Positions 28,739 through 38,078 of a stretch of 64,000 nt of DNA are shown in pieces (within the stretch, counting starts at the first letter, position 1; each line of letters begins with the position of its first letter). The stretch is from a virus: positions 1 to 64,000 of the IMG/VR virus record IMGVR_UViG_3300009009_000003; one strand, written 5' to 3'. The notes beneath the pieces were generated by a model. It was not told the DNA's origin. It did not search any database and saw only the letters and a program-made list of their open reading frames with translations. A program made the position numbers and the translations under genes.

Positions 28739-29067
28739 TGGGTAATATTGATTATAAAAAAAGTCATAGAGAAAAGGGACTTTGCTTATTTTGTAGTAAT
28801 AAAGCAGAACCATTTTCTGCTTATTGCAAAGAACACAGGGAAACCCACAGAATTTCTTCTCTTAAATACAAATGGGCAAATATATATGAGATTAGAAAAA
28901 AAGATAGAAAATTAAAAGAAAAAAGAATACTAGAAGGAAAATGTTCCCATTGTGGGAAACCTCTTGATAAGGGATGGACGAACAGAATTTGTGCAAATTG
29001 CTCCTCAAACACATTTTTCTTAGGAAGGTGGGTAAGAATTGAAACTATTAGAGAAAAAAATAAATAG
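28738..29067 (+). CDS. Small basic Cys-rich (Zn-binding) protein
   Basis: GLCLFC...YCKEH and GKCSHCGK...ICANC repeats. Confidence 0.6.
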   Translation: MGNIDYKKSHREKGLCLFCSNKAEPFSAYCKEHRETHRISSLKYKWANIYEIRKKDRKLKEKRILEGKCSHCGKPLDKGWTNRICANCSSNTFFLGRWVRIETIREKNK

Positions 29068-29962
29068 AGATTCCAATATTTTTTTATTTGGGGACCAGCA
29101 TATTGATAATCCCTTATACAATAAAAGATTATTTGAAATATTTATTAATTTAATATGTTCTGAGTATGAGGGTGTTTCAGAAAAATATAATTATGGAGTT
29201 GATCACGGTGATTTTATGGAAGCAATATTAATCACTGATAAAAGGATGAGCCGTTCTCTTGCTCTAACACCCAACTTTAAAAAACAAGATTTTATATTAG
29301 GACAATTAAACCAAGCTGTTGAGGACAGAAAACCAATTAAGAATAAATTGATTACTATATTACAAGGGAATCATCCTGATAAATTATGGCAATTTGGAAA
29401 TCTAACAAATCAGCTTTGCCTTTCTTTGGGTGTTCCATATGGCACATGGTTAGCAAACATAAGATTTTTAGATAAAAAAGGTGAATTTCTATTTAGACAT
29501 ATTTGTGAACATGGAAGAAAATCAATAAATTCTTCAGCAGATAACACAGCTAGGCAAAGAACAAATATGGAACTAATACTACAAAGACAATTACAAAAAA
29601 AATCAGGTACAGCTTTACTGATGAGTAAAGGGCATACTCACAGAATTTTAACCAAAACCCCTGAAAATTCTTCTTATTTAGTAGATAAGAATGGGTGGTT
29701 TATTATGAAAAGAACTAATAGCAACACACCTTATGATGGATTCATTCCTCCTGATTTTAGATGGTATTGTTCTACAGGATGCTTTTTGGAACCTTATGTA
29801 CATGATATGGAAGGGTATAATGAAATGTTGGATTATGATCCATTAGAACCAGGATTTGTGGTAGCAAAAATTAGAGATGGTGCTATAGTGGGGCTTGATG
29901 AAGTAAGGTTGCTTACTCAATCTGAAGAAAAAATAGAAGTGTGCATTGACAAAAAAACATGA
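29039..29962 (+). CDS. Calcineurin-like metallophosphoesterase
   Basis: GDQH, HGD, GNH, EHG, GHTH motifs in order. Confidence 0.8.
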   Translation: MKLLEKKINRDSNIFLFGDQHIDNPLYNKRLFEIFINLICSEYEGVSEKYNYGVDHGDFMEAILITDKRMSRSLALTPNFKKQDFILGQLNQAVEDRKPIKNKLITILQGNHPDKLWQFGNLTNQLCLSLGVPYGTWLANIRFLDKKGEFLFRHICEHGRKSINSSADNTARQRTNMELILQRQLQKKSGTALLMSKGHTHRILTKTPENSSYLVDKNGWFIMKRTNSNTPYDGFIPPDFRWYCSTGCFLEPYVHDMEGYNEMLDYDPLEPGFVVAKIRDGAIVGLDEVRLLTQSEEKIEVCIDKKT

Positions 29963-29975
29963 AAGGAGAATAGAG

Positions 29976-30326
29976 ATGCCGAATGGATTCTTGGAACCGG
30001 AAGATATAAAATTACATTGTAAAGATCATAGTGGGAATATGTCTTGTCTACTAAATCTAAAGAAAGATGTGGAGGAGTTAATGATGGAAACAAAAAAGAA
30101 AGTAAATTGGACTGTGTTTACATGGATAATTGGGGGAATATGTAGTATAGGTGTATTTGTTGTATCTATTCAAATGAATTTGGCTACAGGAACAAAAGAT
30201 AATTTGGCTGAATTGAAAACAACACTGATAGAAGGAACTACTGAATTAAAATCAGAATTAAGACACCAAAGAGAAAACATGGACTGTGTTAGACAACGAC
30301 TTGACCTATTGGAGAGAAACAAGTGA
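29976..30326 (+). CDS. Single-TM coiled-coil protein (holin/XhlA-like candidate)
   Basis: AAGGAG RBS; one TM segment (WTVFTWIIGGICSIGVFVV) flanked by coiled coils; lysis region. Confidence 0.5.
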   Translation: MPNGFLEPEDIKLHCKDHSGNMSCLLNLKKDVEELMMETKKKVNWTVFTWIIGGICSIGVFVVSIQMNLATGTKDNLAELKTTLIEGTTELKSELRHQRENMDCVRQRLDLLERNK

Positions 30327-30382
30327 TCAGTGAAATTAAAATGTTCCTATTTTATAGGAAAGCAAGAGAGGAGGTGGTTCGA

Positions 30383-30622
30383 ATGAAGAATTGGTATGCA
30401 TCAAGAACATTCTGGGCAGCAATTATAGGCATGATTGCTATGGCTCTTCCTTTACTTACAGGTGGGCATATCACCTTACCTGAAAATGAGCAAGCTCAAC
30501 TGGTAGATAATATTATTAATCTCATTAATGCTATTATTCCCATTGTGTCTTTTTTGTTTATTATAATTAGAAAGATACTGGATTATAACAAAGAGAACAA
30601 GGAAGTTAAAAATGAAGGGTGA
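30383..30622 (+). CDS. Putative holin (2 TM)
   Basis: GGAGGTG RBS; KNWYASRTFW start, two hydrophobic segments, charged C-terminus. Confidence 0.6.
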   Translation: MKNWYASRTFWAAIIGMIAMALPLLTGGHITLPENEQAQLVDNIINLINAIIPIVSFLFIIIRKILDYNKENKEVKNEG

Positions 30623-30748
30623 ACTGAAGATTGAAAATCCTAATATAACAATTGAGTTCGATAGTGACATTAAGGAAACAAAGATAATTAGTGCTAATTG
30701 CATTGAACTTAAAATGTCAAGTAAACTCAGAATAAAAGGATTTGTAAA

Positions 30749-31033
30749 ATGGTTAATAGACTTACTAAAATTGCATTGATCCTTGTTTTTATAGTGGCGT
30801 GTGGGATATCCTGTCAGGGTATCCCACAACGCACCTATGTTTACACAATAAAAAGGGATTGTTACGGAAAAGTTGAAAGAGTTACATCAAAAGGAAGTAA
30901 GATTGATATTGAGTTTGATAATGGATCTGAAGTAAAAAGAATAACCACATCATCTCATGATATTCAAATTGCTTCTACGATTGTAAGTTTCTTTTCCAAT
31001 TTAATTTCTAGTATTGTTGGTGTGTTCTCTTAA
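30749..31033 (+). CDS. Putative lipoprotein (spanin-like candidate)
   Basis: Lipobox-like LVFIVAC and hydrophobic C-terminal helix; last gene of the lysis region. Confidence 0.4.
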   Translation: MVNRLTKIALILVFIVACGISCQGIPQRTYVYTIKRDCYGKVERVTSKGSKIDIEFDNGSEVKRITTSSHDIQIASTIVSFFSNLISSIVGVFS

Positions 31034-31347
31034 CCAAATGCCCCTTCATTTTTGTTTCTATCTTTCAACTCAGCACGTTTTCCTGGGTTCCAGTTCGAAA
31101 CTTTTGTCATATATCCGGTAATTCTAGTAATACCCTCTACTTCTAGCCCTTTTTTTATTGCTATAATTAGATCATCATTTGTCATTGATTCTAATTTTTC
31201 CATTGTAATACAAGTTGCATTGTCCACATTATTATAATACCAGGGAAGATTTGTGTCTCTAAAAAGAAAGCACCTTTCTTTTTCATTATAAGACCATTCT
31301 ATGTTTCTGTTTTTTTCTAAAAACAAGTCTAGTTCATCAATGCTCAT
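31030..31347 (-). CDS. Stand-alone NrdD-type glycyl-radical domain protein
   Basis: C-terminus ITRITGYMTKVSNWNPGKRAELKDR matches the glycyl-radical loop of class III RNR, but the ORF is only 105 aa. Confidence 0.8.
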   Translation of the reverse strand: MSIDELDLFLEKNRNIEWSYNEKERCFLFRDTNLPWYYNNVDNATCITMEKLESMTNDDLIIAIKKGLEVEGITRITGYMTKVSNWNPGKRAELKDRNKNEGAFG

Positions 31348-31519
31348 TTTTATCTCCTTTCATTTTCTCTTCTTTTTTTATATATTTTCTATAAGCTTTT
31401 CTTGTTTTAATTCCTAGCATGATCATTTCTAATTTTTGTGTTCTTTTTTTCGGATTAAAGGCTTCTTTTTTATTGTATTTTGTTTCTATGTAGTCCATTT
31501 TACAATCCTTTTAAAAGAC

Positions 31520-31547
31520 ACCCCCTCTTACACTAATAAGAGGGGGT
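31520..31547 (-). terminator. Intrinsic terminator hairpin
   Basis: ACCCCCTCTTA-N6-TAAGAGGGGGT perfect stem with T-runs on both sides, just after the stop of 31555..31953. Confidence 0.7.
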
Positions 31548-31554
31548 TTTGAAA

Positions 31555-31953
31555 TTAGGGGATAATAACAATCTTGAAGTTGAACGGGGAACTAAAAGCA
31601 TTTGAGAAGTCAAAATCACCAGTGACTTCATTGCTATTACCTGATTCAAGATTATTTACTTTATTGAAAGCAGTGCAAACAAAGTAAAGAGTTTGTATAG
31701 TTCCTTCCCATTCTGGTTTATTAAGAGTTATTTCTTCTTCATAAGAAGATTGCTGAGATACAAAATTAATATCAGAAATCTTTGTGTAAGGTCCACCAGA
31801 AGTGGTTGAATAGTACAAACGCCAACCTCCAAAATCAGGCTTTGCTGTATCAACTGTATTTTGCTCCCATTGAAATGTTTTGGTTACAGGAGCAGCATAA
31901 GCGAATGTAGCCAGAAAAATAAAAATAATACAGGCAAATAATACTTTTTTCAT
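31555..31953 (-). CDS. Secreted single FN3-like domain protein
   Basis: Signal peptide ending AYA-AP; GWRLYYSTTSGGPY, YFVCTAFN, ESGNSNEV FN3 hallmarks. Confidence 0.7.
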   Translation of the reverse strand: MKKVLFACIIFIFLATFAYAAPVTKTFQWEQNTVDTAKPDFGGWRLYYSTTSGGPYTKISDINFVSQQSSYEEEITLNKPEWEGTIQTLYFVCTAFNKVNNLESGNSNEVTGDFDFSNAFSSPFNFKIVIIP

Positions 31954-32195
31954 ATAATCACCTCCTTTCTTTTGTTATTTGGGCCACCTCTACCTCTTAA
32001 TTGAATTCCCAATATCTTACAATAATTTACAACTGATGTAAAAGACATTCCCAAATTTTTAGCTATTTCTCTTGTTGACTCCTTTTTTATTGTATATAAA
32101 TAGTCAATATATTCCGCAATTGTTTCAAATCCTTGTTCCTTAGCTATTTGTAAAACTTTTTTGTAGGTGTAAAAATTACTTACTTTCTTTTTCAT
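31950..32195 (-). CDS. HTH DNA-binding protein
   Basis: LY...STREIAKNLGMSFTSV...LGI.LR. Confidence 0.7.
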   Translation of the reverse strand: MKKKVSNFYTYKKVLQIAKEQGFETIAEYIDYLYTIKKESTREIAKNLGMSFTSVVNYCKILGIQLRGRGGPNNKRKEVII

Positions 32196-32198
32196 GAT

Positions 32199-32639
32199 CT
32201 ACTCCATTGGAACAATAAAAGAAATTCTGTTCCCAAACGATTTACATTCATTTACAGTTGGCATCCATATATCTACACATCTTCTGTTTTTGGGGTTCAT
32301 CCTATCTTGAAATTCAAATTCGCCCAATCCAGCTATGTATATTCTGTCCCCAAACTTTAATTTTAAATCCATTTCTATATCTTTAGACACTGCTACATAT
32401 CCTAATTTTACTCTTTTATTTGAAGCAGTTATCCATGGTGTACTATCTGTATATTTTTCTAGTGGTGGATATGCTGTTAAATCAACTTTTATAGGAACAT
32501 TTTCTAATACCTTTTGTAGGTAGAAAATATCTTTTTCTAATGAATCCAACTTTTTTATACACAGGGAGAAATCAGTATTAATAGAATATAGCATAATACC
32601 CATTAATATTAAAGCAGAAATATAGAAAATATTTTTCAT
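32199..32639 (-). CDS. 3D-domain (MltA-like) protein with N-terminal membrane anchor
   Basis: LTAY..TAS..VAVS..FGDRIYI..QDR..VDIWM. Confidence 0.8.
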   Translation of the reverse strand: MKNIFYISALILMGIMLYSINTDFSLCIKKLDSLEKDIFYLQKVLENVPIKVDLTAYPPLEKYTDSTPWITASNKRVKLGYVAVSKDIEMDLKLKFGDRIYIAGLGEFEFQDRMNPKNRRCVDIWMPTVNECKSFGNRISFIVPME

Positions 32640-32662
32640 TTCTTTTCTCCTTTAGTTTAAAA

Positions 32663-32688
32663 TAAGGGGGGTTTCTAAGCCCCCCTTA
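32663..32688 (-). terminator. Intrinsic terminator hairpin
   Basis: TAAGGGGGG-N8-CCCCCCTTA followed on the - strand by TTTT. Confidence 0.65.
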
Positions 32689-32929
32689 AACGTGCTACTT
32701 GCTCTTCTTGCTAGTTTTCTTAGCCTTGATAGCAGGAGTTCCACGTTTAGTTGATTTGGTTGCTTCCTTCTTCATATTGTCATCACCTCCTTTCTTTATA
32801 GAAATAACTGCTATTTTTGATAACTCTTTTATGAGATCATCAAAAGATTTTTTGGTCAACGTAATTGATCCATCATCATTTTGGTTGTAAGGAATTCTGA
32901 GAACATTAGAATCGTACCATTCTTTTACT

Positions 32930-33550
32930 TTATAATTTTCCATTTTGGCTCTCCATTAGTTGTGAAATGTTTTTGTTTTTACTACAAATAAATGTTTTGT
33001 CTGCTGCTTGGTTTATATCCTGAGCATGGGAAACCATTAGTATTTGAATACCCAACTTCTCAGATATGGTTTTTATCATTTCACTTACTCTAGTTTGAAG
33101 TTCCGGACTTACATTTCTAAAAGGTTCATCTAAGATTAAACAATTTCTATTTTTTCTTATTGACCAAAAAGCAATACGAAGGGCAAACGAAACTATATCC
33201 AATACTCCACCACCAGAAGCATCAATGGGCTTATATTCTTGACCTTGTTCTTCAAACAATAAATCACATTCAGTTTTGTTTCTCCTAAGTTCAAATTTTA
33301 CTTTAAAATTAGGAGGATTGTCAAACACTGAATGAAGTGCTAATGTTACAATATTAGAAATATGATATTCCAAACTAGATTGAGTTTGTCTGCCCACTGT
33401 TTGAAATATCGTTCTTACCATAGAATAATCAGATAAAAGCTTTAATGTGTCCTCCATTTTCTCTTTGTTTTTAATTAGATCATTCAGGCAAAGTTCTCTT
33501 TTTACCTTCTCCTTATCTAATATTTTTCTATATTCAGTTAAATCTCCCAT
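32930..33550 (-). CDS. SbcC/Rad50-like ATPase, C-terminal half
   Basis: ASGGG signature, LILDEPF Walker B and MVSH His-switch; no Walker A. Confidence 0.85.
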   Translation of the reverse strand: MGDLTEYRKILDKEKVKRELCLNDLIKNKEKMEDTLKLLSDYSMVRTIFQTVGRQTQSSLEYHISNIVTLALHSVFDNPPNFKVKFELRRNKTECDLLFEEQGQEYKPIDASGGGVLDIVSFALRIAFWSIRKNRNCLILDEPFRNVSPELQTRVSEMIKTISEKLGIQILMVSHAQDINQAADKTFICSKNKNISQLMESQNGKL

Positions 33551-33789
33551 TGGTATTCTTTCTTTAAGGCATTGAATTTGTCTTCCAGTTCTTTTTCCAA
33601 CTCAGTTAATTTTTCAGTTAGCTTGATTAAACCACCCTCAGCTTCTTCTATATTATTATAGTTAAACTGTTCTTTAAGTGTTTTCAAAAGCTCAGATAAT
33701 CTCCCTTCTAGTCTTGCTTTATCCTCTTTTGCCTTATCAATCTCTTTTTCTAATTTGATTAATTCATTAATTATTTCTGTACTCTTCAT
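33538..33789 (-). CDS. Small coiled-coil protein (probably SbcC-associated)
   Basis: Heptad pattern; coupled to the SbcC C-half gene. Confidence 0.55.
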   Translation of the reverse strand: MKSTEIINELIKLEKEIDKAKEDKARLEGRLSELLKTLKEQFNYNNIEEAEGGLIKLTEKLTELEKELEDKFNALKKEYQWEI

Positions 33790-34090
33790 ATTTTTTCATA
33801 ACTCCTGTCATTGTTTTGGGTTGTAAGTAACAAATTTTTATCTTTTTGTTTAAAGCAAAGCACATTCCAAAATCAAATATAGTTCCAACACTTCTTTGAT
33901 CCCAAAAAATATGAATTTCATCTGCCCATTCTATTAACTTTTTATTATGTAAGCAAACCTGTAACTCATCATAATTTGGGAAATCATCAAAAGCCGGTGT
34001 TTCAACAAAATTCCCCTGTGCAATCAACTCTTCTGCGTGTTCAACCATTGCTTTTTTATATGCGTGTGTTCCTATTATGGTTATTTTCAT
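33767..34090 (-). CDS. Nucleoside 2-deoxyribosyltransferase-like protein
   Basis: IEWADEIHIFWD..SVGTIFDFGMCFALNKKI pattern of the NDT-like fold. Confidence 0.55.
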   Translation of the reverse strand: MKITIIGTHAYKKAMVEHAEELIAQGNFVETPAFDDFPNYDELQVCLHNKKLIEWADEIHIFWDQRSVGTIFDFGMCFALNKKIKICYLQPKTMTGVMKKYEEYRNN

Positions 34091-34455
34091 ATTTTCTCTT
34101 CTCCTTTTCTCCATTTTCTAACACATCTATCAGATACACCCAGTTTTTGTGTTGCTTCTTGTATGCTTCCCAAAAAAACTTCATTCCTAAATACTCTATC
34201 CACATCCTCCTTTATACACTTAAATTTAAACATTAGTTTCCTTGTTTGTTTGGATGATCTGCCTCCTATCTTATTTATTTTTGTGTTTTTAGGCATCCAG
34301 TTAATAACTGTATCAGGACTAACCCCCAATAATTTTCCTATTTCTCTGGAAGAGAAGGATAGATTGTGGTAAAAAAAACTTAAAAAAGAATCAATGTCTC
34401 CATCAAACCCCAATTCTTTTATTTTATTAATTGCTTCCCTTTTGTGTATTCTCAT
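34087..34455 (-). CDS. Double HTH DNA-binding protein
   Basis: SREIGKLLGVSPDTVINW and EATQKLGVSDRCVRKW. Confidence 0.7.
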   Translation of the reverse strand: MRIHKREAINKIKELGFDGDIDSFLSFFYHNLSFSSREIGKLLGVSPDTVINWMPKNTKINKIGGRSSKQTRKLMFKFKCIKEDVDRVFRNEVFLGSIQEATQKLGVSDRCVRKWRKGEEKI

Positions 34456-34466
34456 TTTCTTATTCC

Positions 34467-35228
34467 TTATACAAATAATAAAGTTTGCGTACAGTGTAAT
34501 CTTTCTTTTATTTTTTTATAGTAGTATTCATTTTTTTCTATTAGAATAAACCCTCGATTTAATTTTTTACAAGCTACCCCTGTAGATCCAGAACCAGCAC
34601 AGTTATCCAATACCAAATCCCCTTCGTTGGTATAGGTCTTAATTAAATACTCCATTAAAGATACTGGTTTTTGTGTTGGATGGTAACCTGTTTCCCTTTT
34701 TATTTTAATCACACTTTTTGGATAGCGAAGTCCATTATTTTGAGTTTGTTTTTTTACAATTTTCCCTGTAACTTCACCGCTGTCACCCTTTCCACTTATG
34801 TAAGGTTTTCCGTAAGTAAACTGAGGATTGTATTTCCCCCCACCAAAAACAAGAATGTTTTCATGTGCTTTCATAGGTTGTTTCTTTGCACTTAAAAAAT
34901 TTACACCTTGTTCCTTCTCCCAAATAATCTCATATTTAAACATATCAATATTACTCATCACTAAAGCACTTGTAAAAGGTTGAGAAGCGGTTAAAACTAT
35001 TGCACCATTGTCTTTTATTATTCTCTTGTACTGCCTCCAAAGTGGTTCAAAAGGAATTACCGTATCCCATTTACAGGCAGTAGTTCCGTAGGGGGGGTCT
35101 GAAATTATTGCGTCTATTGATTTGTCGGGGATAAACTTCATAAGCTCAAGGCAGTCTCCCTGATGCACTTCATTTATTTTTAGATGTCCGTTTTCTAAAA
35201 TATGCATAGAATTTTTCTCAATCTTCAT
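34467..35228 (-). CDS. DNA methyltransferase (N6A/N4C, beta class)
   Basis: GDCLE, DPPY, HPTQKP, LVLDNCAGSGSTG. Confidence 0.9.
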   Translation of the reverse strand: MKIEKNSMHILENGHLKINEVHQGDCLELMKFIPDKSIDAIISDPPYGTTACKWDTVIPFEPLWRQYKRIIKDNGAIVLTASQPFTSALVMSNIDMFKYEIIWEKEQGVNFLSAKKQPMKAHENILVFGGGKYNPQFTYGKPYISGKGDSGEVTGKIVKKQTQNNGLRYPKSVIKIKRETGYHPTQKPVSLMEYLIKTYTNEGDLVLDNCAGSGSTGVACKKLNRGFILIEKNEYYYKKIKERLHCTQTLLFV

Positions 35229-35257
35229 AGACTTCTTTGATTGTCATTGCTGTACCT

Positions 35258-35488
35258 CTAAATAATTGTGCAATACTTACCAAGCAAATCCTTAAAGCAG
35301 TGCTGGCATAGTTCAATAGATACCTCAGTACCATCACCAAACACAGAATCATAGCCACAGTGGTTATGAAAAAAGAGAGCTTCCTGTTTTTCCACCTCAT
35401 CACCTAGAATGTCTCGACCACAAACAGAACATGTTATCCCAACAAGATCTAGTTCTTCTTTGACTACCATTCCATACTGTCTCATCAC
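35258..35488 (-). CDS. Small Zn-finger protein (paralog of 36269..36496)
   Basis: CSVC..H.HCGY.SVFGDG..LCQHC. Confidence 0.7.
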   Translation of the reverse strand: MMRQYGMVVKEELDLVGITCSVCGRDILGDEVEKQEALFFHNHCGYDSVFGDGTEVSIELCQHCFKDLLGKYCTII

Positions 35489-35509
35489 TCATCCTCCACC
35501 GGACATACA

Positions 35510-35689
35510 TTAGTTATCCTTTCTAAATAACCACTTATCAAAGAACCAGAAGCAGCAGGCACCTATTGCCTGTGCCACAAGCAGGTTGCCCCATAGTGGC
35601 AGTCCCTTATACTGCATATAGTCCATTGGCGGTATCATTACCAGACCAGATATTTGCCATCTCAGGTGATACAGGCCATAACGTCTCAT
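35510..35689 (-). CDS. Small membrane protein
   Basis: YHLRWQISG..NLLVAQAIGACCFWFFDKWLF; GGAGA RBS, ATGA overlap. Confidence 0.55.
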   Translation of the reverse strand: MRRYGLYHLRWQISGLVMIPPMDYMQYKGLPLWGNLLVAQAIGACCFWFFDKWLFRKDN

Positions 35690-35886
35690 TCTATCTCCTC
35701 TACAGTAACCCTGACCCTCTTTGGCGGCCACTTAGTCCAGCGTGATCTTGGTGTCTTGCTTGCATATACCCATGTACCCCACTGCGGCCACGGCTTGCTG
35801 TCTATGGTGTCGCAGTATCGTCTCAATGGCACGGTCTCAGTCGGATCGATCCAACCCTCTACCTGCTGTATAACTTTGCGTTTCAT
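35686..35886 (-). CDS. Hypothetical protein
   Basis: Starts in the junction motif; ends WPPKRVRVTVEEIE. Confidence 0.6.
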   Translation of the reverse strand: MKRKVIQQVEGWIDPTETVPLRRYCDTIDSKPWPQWGTWVYASKTPRSRWTKWPPKRVRVTVEEIE

Positions 35887-36257
35887 TCCTTCACCACTGT
35901 TTCTTTGTGTTTAGAAATAGCTCTATTATACTCCTTCAGTAGACTTTCTACCCTAGAAGTAGTTGCAGTATTAAATTCTTCTAAACAAGTTGCAAGATAT
36001 TGACCCAGAATAACATCTGATTCATAAACTGCTTCCCTAAGTGCCTCTTTTCTTTTTTTCTCCCCTCTACTATTCCACTTATCTACGGCAAGACTATTAT
36101 CATACTCCTCGCATTCAACATATGGCCCACTTGCCATGCATTCTATACAAACTATCTGCGTTCCAACTAATCCATTTGGTAACATATCCTCAATACTATC
36201 CTCTAGTAATGTTGATCCACAAAACGGACAAGGCAAAGCTGGTTTCTTTGGTTTCAT
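35883..36257 (-). CDS. Lar-family (restriction alleviation-like) Zn-ribbon protein
   Basis: LPCPFCG..CIECMASGP..AVDKWNSR. Confidence 0.7.
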   Translation of the reverse strand: MKPKKPALPCPFCGSTLLEDSIEDMLPNGLVGTQIVCIECMASGPYVECEEYDNSLAVDKWNSRGEKKRKEALREAVYESDVILGQYLATCLEEFNTATTSRVESLLKEYNRAISKHKETVVKE

Positions 36258-36268
36258 TCCTTAACCTC

Positions 36269-36496
36269 CTATATAATAGTGCAATACTTGCCAAGAAGCT
36301 CCTTAAAGCAGTGCTGGCACAGATCAATATACACCTCTGTGCCATCACCAAACACAGAACCATATCCACAGTAATTATGAAAATGCATTGCCTCCTGCCG
36401 TTCCATTTTATCATTCAAGAGATCACGCTTACAAACAGAGCATTTTATCTCAACAACATCTCTTTCCTCTCTAGTTATGATTCCGTATCGTCTCAT
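36269..36496 (-). CDS. Small Zn-finger protein (paralog of 35258..35488)
   Basis: CSVC..HNYCGYGSVFGDG..LCQHC..LLGKYCTII. Confidence 0.7.
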   Translation of the reverse strand: MRRYGIITREERDVVEIKCSVCKRDLLNDKMERQEAMHFHNYCGYGSVFGDGTEVYIDLCQHCFKELLGKYCTII

Positions 36497-36756
36497 TCCT
36501 TCACCTTACTCATTAAAATTTTAATCTGTTCTTGTGTTAATATATTTTTAAGAACTCTAAGATTTGTCCATTTTCTGTTTTTATTTCCACTTCCCCAACA
36601 TTCGTCACATACGTCACTAGTAATAACATTACCACCCACACCACCGTGCCAAGTGCATGTTTGTCCGTATGCTTTAACACCCCATCCCGAACATTTTGTG
36701 CAAACATCCTCTTCATAATCTATGCCTCTATGAAGCATTATGTCTCGTAGGTTCAT
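36493..36756 (-). CDS. DnaJ-type Zn-finger-like small protein
   Basis: CTKCSGWG...CDECWGSG (CxxCxGxG pairs). Confidence 0.6.
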   Translation of the reverse strand: MNLRDIMLHRGIDYEEDVCTKCSGWGVKAYGQTCTWHGGVGGNVITSDVCDECWGSGNKNRKWTNLRVLKNILTQEQIKILMSKVKE

Positions 36757-37445
36757 TCCTTCACCTCCACACACTCAGGACATATCCTGCCTGATAGATC
36801 ATGTCGATCATAGTTTATCCCCCAACTCAATTTTGTATTTGGTTTTTCTAACACCCTATATCTAGTATCGTGTTCACATTGCTTCCAAACACACCAAAAA
36901 GTATCCATCGTTGGTGATTTTCCCCTCTCTCCGTTACAAAAATCTGGCCTCCATGTTAATGCTAATATATATGCTGGTGGATACTTTCGAAACAGTTCTA
37001 CTCTTCTCTTTGCGTGCCAATATTGTGATTTCAATAAATAACAGAACATTTTAGCCCCCAACTCCATCGCCTTTAGAATAAACCCCTCTGACACATTAAA
37101 CGGAGGATTCGTAATAATACCGAATTCTACTTTAAATGGAATTTCATTTTTAGTTACTGTTAAAAAATCAACTTGTTTTTCACAGAATTCTGTAGATCGA
37201 ATATCCGTTCCATAGGTGCAATATCCTCTTTTCTCTAAAACTTTTCTTATATGACCACTACCACAAGCACATTCCCAAATTGGTATCTCAGTGTCAATGT
37301 TCATAAAATCCAATAATGCTTCCGTAGCCTCTGTAGGAGTACAGTAATAATCTGCTGGATCGGAATACTCTGTATTTCTTTTGTTTGTTAATGACTGACC
37401 ATTAAGCATATATTGTACCTTTCCCCATTTTGTTAACGTTAACAA
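36753..37445 (-). CDS. Small DNA adenine methyltransferase-like protein
   Basis: DYYCTP, WECACGSG (SAM binding), IITNPPF catalytic motif. Confidence 0.8.
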   Translation of the reverse strand: MLTLTKWGKVQYMLNGQSLTNKRNTEYSDPADYYCTPTEATEALLDFMNIDTEIPIWECACGSGHIRKVLEKRGYCTYGTDIRSTEFCEKQVDFLTVTKNEIPFKVEFGIITNPPFNVSEGFILKAMELGAKMFCYLLKSQYWHAKRRVELFRKYPPAYILALTWRPDFCNGERGKSPTMDTFWCVWKQCEHDTRYRVLEKPNTKLSWGINYDRHDLSGRICPECVEVKE

Positions 37446-37481
37446 TATGCCATTATTTTCCCTACGTCAGAAAAATGATCA

Positions 37482-38078
37482 TCATACTTCCCACTTGCCT
37501 TTCTCGTCTTTCTCGAATGTCTTTTTCATCATAAAGTTTCCTGCCGTATGGTAAATGACTATGCCTTCAGGCTTCATAAAACATGGGGCAGCGTAACTAC
37601 CATGTTCTGCAAGCATGGCCATTACTTGAGACACATTCAAGTCATCCATGTTACACTCAAACAATATAGGCACCAGACCAATACACTCCGGCAATACCTG
37701 CTGCATCTCTGAAATTCTCGGGTCACCTGTTAGTATCTCTTTTGGTTCGCTGCCATACAGGCACCACCTGGTCACATTGAACAGGCTAAATCGCTTTTCG
37801 CCCTTTGACAGACCATAACCACGCTGGATTCCGCTGCCCCACCATTCTCCAAAGTGCCTGCCTAGACCTAGCTGCATAAGCTCGTCCTTGTGGTCATGCG
37901 CCCACCTTGAGAAACCATGGTTATCCTTGTCTGGTGTTATCCATCGTGTCCTGCTGCCAGTAAGAAACTCACCATCATCGCCAATGAATATCTGTGCGTT
38001 AGTACCGTCGATTTTCTCAGTGACGATAACTTTCCGTGAATAACGTGCTATCTTTTGTAATCCTACAAAATCACTCAT
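37482..38078 (-). CDS. RNA ligase (Rnl2-like nucleotidyltransferase domain)
   Basis: TEKIDGTN motif I, GSR, FGEWWG, FSLFN, EGIV. Confidence 0.8.
   Translation of the reverse strand: MSDFVGLQKIARYSRKVIVTEKIDGTNAQIFIGDDGEFLTGSRTRWITPDKDNHGFSRWAHDHKDELMQLGLGRHFGEWWGSGIQRGYGLSKGEKRFSLFNVTRWCLYGSEPKEILTGDPRISEMQQVLPECIGLVPILFECNMDDLNVSQVMAMLAEHGSYAAPCFMKPEGIVIYHTAGNFMMKKTFEKDEKGKWEV

Noticed and set aside
35218-36414. Similar alternative-frame ORFs 35218..35403 and 36196..36414
   Set aside because: Shadow frames of the duplicated Zn-finger genes.
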